A stretch of 63,411 bases of DNA, filler included, from Octopus bimaculoides (taxonomy: Eukaryota): the NCBI RefSeq assembly GCF_001194135.2. It is 8 parts of 8 records of this genome, joined end to end, with 100 filler letters (N's around TTAATTAATTAA, not from the genome) between each part and the next. Parts side by side here need not be neighbours in the genome. Positions count along the whole stretch, not along the records: positions 62,263 to 63,411 come from NW_026366279.1; 7 more parts are not named here. One strand, written 5' to 3'. Position 1 is the first letter of the stretch, and the number at the start of each line of letters is the position of its first letter. Of the stretch, positions 62,263 to 63,411 are shown in pieces. Under the pieces are notes generated by a model. That model did not search any database and was not told the origin of the DNA. It saw nothing but the letters and a program-made list of their open reading frames with translations. The position numbers were made by a program, and so were the translations under genes.

Positions 62263-63411
62263 TGTAGATGCAGATACAGGCGGGGCTGATAGAGAAGATG
62301 TGCGTGAGAGAGGAAAAATGTGGAGTGAAAGGAGCTCACTTTCGTCGCTAACTGTAGTTGAAGATAGAGGTGTAGGTTGATAGAGAAGATGTGCGTGAGA
62401 GAGGGAAAGAATGTTGAGTAAAAGGAGCTCACTTTCGTTGTTAACTGTAGATGCAGATAGAGGCGGTGCTGATAGAGATGATGTGCGTGAGAGAGAGGAA
62501 TAATGTGGAGTGAAAGGAGCTCACCTTCGTATCTAATTGTAGATGCAGATAGAGGCGGGGCTGATAGAGTAGATGTGCGTGAGAGAGAGGATGGAATGTT
62601 GAGTAAAAGGAGCTCACCTTCATCGCTAACTGTAGATGCAGATAGAGGCGGGGCTGATAGAGAAGATGTGTGTGGGAGAGAGGAAGAATGTGGAGTAAAA
62701 GGAGATCACCTTCGTCGCTAACTGTAGATGCAGATAGAGGCGGGGCTGATAGAGATGTGCGTGAGAGAGAGAAAGAACGTAGATGTGTGTGAGCGAGAGA
62801 AAGAATGTTGAGTAAAAGGAGCTCACCTTCGTCGCTAACTGTAGATGCAGATAGAGGCGGGGCTGAGAGAGAAGATGTGTGTGTGAGAGAGAAAGAATGT
62901 GGAGTAAAAGGAGCTCACTTTCGTCGCTAACGGTAGATGCAGATAGGGGCGGGGCTGATAGAGATGATGTGCGTAAGAGAGAGAAAGAATGTGGAGTAAA
63001 AGGAGCTCACGTTCGTCGCTAACTATAGTTGAAGATAGAGGTGTAGGCTGATAGAGAAGATGTGCGTGAGAGAGAGAAAGAATGTTGAGTAAAAGGAGGT
63101 CACCTTCATCGCTAACTGTAGATGCAGATAGAGAAGATGTGCATGAGCGAAAGGATGGAACGTTGAGTAAAAAGAGCTCACCTTCATCGCTAACTGTAGA
63201 TGCAGATAGAGGCGGGGCTGATAGAGAAGATGTACGTGAGAGAGGGAACGAATGTGGAGTGAAAGGAGCTCTCCTTCGTCGCTAATGGTAGATGCAGATA
63301 GAGAAGATGTGCGTGAGAGAGAGAAAGAATGTGGAGTAAAAGGAGCTCACCTTCGTTACTTACTGTAGATGCAGATAGAGGCGGGGCTGATAGAGATGTG
63401 CGTGAGAGAGA
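62263..63411. repeat. ~92-bp satellite, about 12-13 units, running off the window
   Basis: Consensus by eye: tgtagatgcagatagaggcggggctgatagagaagatgtgcgtgagagagagaaagaatgtggagtaaaaggagctcaccttcgtcgctaac. Confidence 0.95.

Noticed and set aside
62263-63411. CRISPR array or repetitive coding exon
   Set aside because: There are no unique spacers, the context is eukaryotic, and the unit length varies and is usually not a multiple of 3.

Overview
This is eukaryotic, repeat-saturated draft-assembly sequence with many N gaps. The SINE families and the extreme (TA)n/(CA)n/(TTA)n microsatellite density look like an octopus (coleoid cephalopod) genome; that is my inference from recalled repeats, not a search. 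The window is not one continuous locus: seven identical 100-nt joints (44 N + TTAATTAATTAA + 44 N) splice together eight scaffolds. I cannot support any intact host protein-coding gene, and almost all ORFs in the supplied track are microsatellite or gap artefacts. Supported content: two decayed mariner transposons with ITRs; six R4/Dong-like non-LTR fragments, several beside TAA arrays; one HERO-like, one L1/Tx1-like and two RTE-like LINE fragments (one carrying three C2H2 zinc fingers); at least five tRNA-derived SINE families; a hAT-type MITE; Penelope-like termini; a ~92-bp satellite; and several minisatellites. The most interesting signals are (1) a near-complete type I hammerhead ribozyme motif inside a very AT-rich, internally duplicated 1.7-kb island, with several decayed hammerhead cores elsewhere; (2) a bipartite SINE that carries a hypervariable microsatellite inside it; (3) a nest of inverted repeats at 5.7-6.2 kb; and (4) tandem Dong-like insertions around TAA arrays. 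I found no clearly new multi-gene system. Boundaries of decayed repeats are approximate (about +/-10-30 nt).
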